Origin: Amoebidium appalachense
Lineage: Eukaryota; Protista; Ichthyosporea
Direction of reading: 5' to 3'
DNA length: 64,000 nt
Assembly: GCA_963693365.1 (NCBI GenBank)
Contig: CAVNZM010000013.1
Coordinates: 4,058,722-4,122,721 of the forward strand
In this document: positions 59,196 through 64,000 of the stretch, in pieces
Position numbering within the stretch: the first letter of the stretch is position 1
Layout of the letters: the number at the start of each line of letters is the position of its first letter
The notes under the pieces: generated by a model
Database searches by the model: none
The model's input: only the letters and a program-made list of their open reading frames with translations
What the model was told of the DNA's origin: nothing
Made by a program: the position numbers and the translations under genes

Positions 59196-59832
59196 GGTTG
59201 TTATTGTGTTTCTACGGAGTGGTGTGGTGTTATTCTGAATGGGTAGTGTATTGTAAATAATAAACAGACGCACCTGAGTAGCGCCGGTGCCAGACTGCAC
59301 CTGCCAGCTGCAGCTGGGGCATCGGATATCAGTGAGGTGCACGGAATCCGAAGACTCAAGAAGTCCGGAAAGCCTTTACAAGTTCGAATTCCCAGCCAAA
59401 TCACTGCCATTTTTAATTATTTTGACGTGTTTGCGCGTGTGTGTGTGCGTGGGCGTTCACTCTTTTTCACGTGTTTGTGTGCGTGTGTGTGTACACGTGT
59501 ATGTGACTGTATGTGTACACGTGTGTGTTTTGTGTTTGTGTGTCTGTTTTGTGTGTGCGTGTGTGTATGTGTGTGTGTGTGTGTATGTGTATGTGTGTGT
59601 GTGTGCGCGTGTGCGTGCGTGCGTGCGTGCGTGCGTGTGTGTGTGTGTACATGTGCGTGTCTGTGTCTGTGTACACGTGCGTGTGCGTGCGTGCTGCATG
59701 TCGGTGCACACGTGTGTGTGCCCATGGGGGTGCAGGTGTGTGTGTGTGTTTGTTGGGGGGGCCGGGCGGGCAGCGGGGGGAGAGAGGGAGAGGGAGGGGT
59801 TGGGATAGGCGGGTGGGTGGGTCTGGGGGAAA

Positions 59833-59871
<39 letters not shown>

Positions 59872-60296
59872 GCCCAGGCTGAGGGTGTGCGGCCATTGAG
59901 AGAAAGAGGGATGCATGGGAGAGATGGGCAGGGGAAACAAGACTTCACGTACGCATTGTAGGACCAGAGGGATGCCTTTTCAGGTGCCTGTGGGGGCAGT
60001 GGATGGGGGAGGGGGAGGGGGGAGGAGGAGAAAGGGATTGATGGATCGATAAGGAAACCAGGGAAGAGGAAGGGGTATGCCAAGAATGCGTAGGGGGAGG
60101 AGCAAAGATCCTGTGGATTGTGGCACATTTCTGTATTAAACAGCAACATGTACAGGAGGCGGGTGGGTGTGCTTGTGTGTGTATGCATGTGCCTCATGTA
60201 GGGGGGGGATTTTTTTTTTTTTTTTTTTTGGGAGGGGGGGGGGAGGGGGGGGGAGGAGGAGGAGGAGGGATATGGAAGGGGGGGAAAGGTTTCTTT

Positions 60297-60327
<31 letters not shown>

Positions 60328-61281
60328 GGAAGGGGGAAGGTGGGTTTGATACCGTAACTGCACGATTCTCACATGCGGGAGGTATCATATCCATTTGCTG
60401 CACAGCAGCCGACATAGCTTACAGCTCATATTGTACACTCTTACATATAGGCCAACGTGGAACAATATACACTACAACATACATCACCGTAGCACAAGGC
60501 TAAATTTTCAATCAGAGTGGCAAAAGACAAAACAAAACAAAAACTCAAAAAAGAGTGCGATTCCTACTTTTATGGACACAAGGCAGTTTGGGTGATGGTT
60601 GGGTGTTGATGGTGTTGTTGCTATAATGTTTGTGTTGTTGCATTTACCCACTGTGTTTTGGATCTCGCATGACGAGTGGGCGTGTGCATGGATAGTGGCT
60701 TAATTTGTGTTTAAAATGGAATATGTGTCACACGAAGTTGTAGGTGTGTGTGTGTGTGTGCGTGCTTGGCATGTGTGTGTGCGTGCTTGGCATGTGTGTG
60801 TGCGCGCGTGTGCATGTGTGTGTGTGTGCGTAAAGTTTTGGGGAAAACGATTAAAACTACGAACAACAATTAATAATATCATCACCGTGTATGTTCATTG
60901 ATACGGCCAACAGGATACGTATTTCTATCCATTCATATGCACAACACCACATCAGGAATCATATTATATCGTCATATCTCACCTGGTATTCCTATTAAAC
61001 CATACCACTGACAACACAACTGTACAACCAAGTTCATCCATACACAACCTTCAGCTGTCACCTGTGCTGCCCTTCATGCTTGCTGCTGTCCAAATGTCTC
61101 TGCATACATCATTCTCCTATCTGCAAACTTTGCATTCGTATTAGATGACCATTCTCTATCCCTGTCTTACTTTCTCATAAACCACCATTAGCAACCACCT
61201 CCACCTACCCGACTGCCGATTCTCTCCCTCCACACCAATTCCCACTCAGATGAAATGCAGCTTTCCAGTGATTTATAAAGT

Positions 61282-61327
<46 letters not shown>

Positions 61328-61509
61328 TCCCCCCCCCCCCCCTCCCTCCCCGCCCCTCGGGATTGCCCCGGGCACCTTTCCTTGCGCCACATACTCACAC
61401 ATCCCTTTTCCCACGGCAATCCCAATCATTCAATGCCCACTTGACACTCTGCCCACCTTCCACACCACATGCACTTTGGTTGCGCAAACCAAACAACCCC
61501 TCCCCTCGC

Positions 61510-61990
<481 letters not shown>

Positions 61991-62128
61991 TCTCTCCTCC
62001 CCTAGTCAATGGACCCTCCTCTTTCCCATTCCTCCCCCAACACAACCTCGAGCAAAAAAGAAAAGAAAAGCCGAACATAATCACAGCGTGCACACCCACT
62101 CACCGGCATTGCCATCTGCCGTGCAGTC

Positions 62129-62262
62129 TCACATAGTGCCCCACCCGTGCTGCATAGCCACTCGCTGCAAATCAACAAATTTAGTCATAGCACTCCTCCA
62201 CCTCCCCCCTCCCTCCCTTCCCCCCCCCCCCCCCCCCCCCCCCCTTTTCCTCCTCGAGGCGC

Positions 62263-62297
<35 letters not shown>

Positions 62298-63384
62298 CAC
62301 CCACCCACCCACCCACCCACCCACACACACACACAGACACACAAACACACACACACATAACACATAACACATACCTGCACGCGCGAAACCCTGATCGCTG
62401 AATTGCAGACAATCCCCCCTACCTCCTTCTCCCCCCCCCCCCCTCCCCAGCTATTCTCTAGCATATCATCCGGTGTTGAATGAGCACATCCCCTCCCCCC
62501 CCCCCCTTTTCCCCTCCCCCTCGCCCCCTCGATTTGCTAACCCGTACATTCCATCTTTCTCCTTACTCAGTGTGTGATGTGTCACTCGATCCTGCCATTT
62601 CTATAATATCCCCCTCCCCCTCCCCCCGCCCACACACACACCCAAAGAAAACCCCACCGCCTCCCCGTTATCACTTTTCGGCAATACTAGATGTGCATTT
62701 ATGAAAGCACCGCTCGCAGTACAAAAATACAAACTGAAAATGAACATGCCGACACAGGCATCAGCACCCCCCCCCCCACCCACCCTCACACACTATGACC
62801 CTAAGACCCACCTGGAAGGCACTTTTGGCCTCACGGTCACTGTAGTCCATGCCAGGGTTGGGGTGATGCATGGACCCACTGTGTGTGCGTATTGGGGGGG
62901 GGGTATTAGAATGTGTTATCGCGCACGTGTGTGTGGTGGTCGTGGTGGTGGGGGAGGGGGGGGGGGGGGAGGGAGCGGGGGGGGGAAAGAGGGTCAGGGG
63001 ATCGGGATTGAGCGTGGGTGAGGGTGAGGGTGGGGGGGGGGGGGGGGGGGGGGGGAAGGAGGGGGGGGGGGGGGGGAGGAAGGGGGGAGACGGTCAGGGG
63101 GTCGGGAGTAATAAGTGTGAGTGATGATGAGGGGGGGGGGGGAGGGGGGGGGGGGTCGTGGGGGAAAAAAGGAAAATAGGAGGGAGGTAAAGGGGGAGAC
63201 AAGGAGTGAATCGCACCGATGCTGTGGGAGGGGGGAGGGGGGAGGGGGGGGAAGAAGTCAAGGTGGGTTTAACAATCTGCGAGTGGACGTGAGGCATACC
63301 CTTCCATAGCATGCGGAGAATTTGATATGTTTGGAACGGAGTTCGCCCGTACACACCATGGGTAAAGATTGGGGAGGGGATGGT

Positions 63385-63436
<52 letters not shown>

Positions 63437-63743
63437 AGGGGTATCAGAATGTGTTATCGCGCGTGTGTGTGGTGGTGGTGGTGGTGGTGGTGGTGGTGGT
63501 GGTGGTGGTGGTGGGGGAGGGGGAGGGGGGAGGGCCTGGGGGGAGGGGGGCGGGCACATAATGGCATTTTCGGACTAGCTGCCAAAAACGACTCTGTTTT
63601 TGCCGAAAAAACCATATTTTTTCTGAAAGCTTATAATTGCAGCCTTTACAAGGTGGCATGACTACCTTTCATGGTTAGTCACCAGCAAAAAATGGGGCGT
63701 AAAAATCGGATAATTTGATTGGGGAACATCTTCCATCATGCTG

Positions 63744-63824
<81 letters not shown>

Positions 63825-64000
63825 GGAAGGGGGGGGGGGGGGGGAAGAGGGTGGGGGCTGTGTGTGTGTGTTGGGGGGGGAGGGGAGGGGGTAAAATGAT
63901 ATCCGTACAAGTCCACCCTAGCCTTCCCATCCACAGCCATCAAGTTATGCAGCAGCAGCAGCAGGCCGGCCACGGACAGATCTTGCTTCCAGCCATTAGG
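62129..64000 (-). CDS. 3' exons of a UBE2Q-like ubiquitin-conjugating (E2) domain protein; gene extends past the right edge
   Basis: Exons 63909-64000, 62812-62878 and 62129-62164 splice in frame to PNGWKQDLSVAGLLLLLHNLMAVDGKARVDFGSMHHPNPGMDYSDREAKSAFQRVAMQHGWGTM-stop, resembling the UBE2Q C-terminus (GW..S......GKARV.F...Y...A...F......HGW). Confidence 0.75.

Larger units (their letters stand above)
54903..59260 (-). mobile_element. Near full-length non-LTR retrotransposon (LINE, APE + RT)
   Basis: ORF1 and ORF2 overlap by 8 nt; short 3' UTR with (CA)n and a GGGGAGCCCC hairpin; poly(A) of ~30 nt at 54903-54932. The 5' boundary is approximate and no TSD was found. Confidence 0.92.

Noticed and set aside
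59952-59987. Isolated exon-like island (AG..GT) on the minus strand; similar ones at 44.6-46.0 kb and 63.3 kb
   Set aside because: Could not be joined into a supported gene model.

Overview
Eukaryotic genomic DNA, probably an opisthokont or unicellular holozoan (inferred from gene content only). It is saturated with G/C homopolymer tracts and (CA)n, (CG)n and (CT)n microsatellites, so almost all long ORFs in the supplied track are low-complexity artefacts. Real genes, read exon by exon: (1) a ~29-kb minus-strand DENND4/CRAG-like Rab-GEF gene (MABP-uDENN-cDENN-dDENN) with more than 25 small exons; (2) an intronless secreted Kazal + class-3 lipase gene; (3) a GT34-like glycosyltransferase; (4) a syntenin-like single-PDZ gene; (5) the 3' exons of a UBE2Q-like E2. 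Mobile DNA includes a near-complete APE/RT LINE, two hAT MITEs and a piggyBac-like MITE. Most striking are more than 20 copies of three related short elements (A, B, C). They share a fixed end abutting a poly(G)/poly(C) tract, are variably truncated at the other end, are all co-oriented, and stack in arrays separated by G-tracts. Families A and B carry a conserved, covarying ~150-nt RNA fold with a putative pseudoknot. I propose these are a poly(C)/poly(G)-targeted retroelement system that exploits, and may regenerate, the C-tracts found just after most splice donors here. A ~9.4-kb segment flanked by a 1.58-kb inverted duplication looks like a staggered-break inversion.
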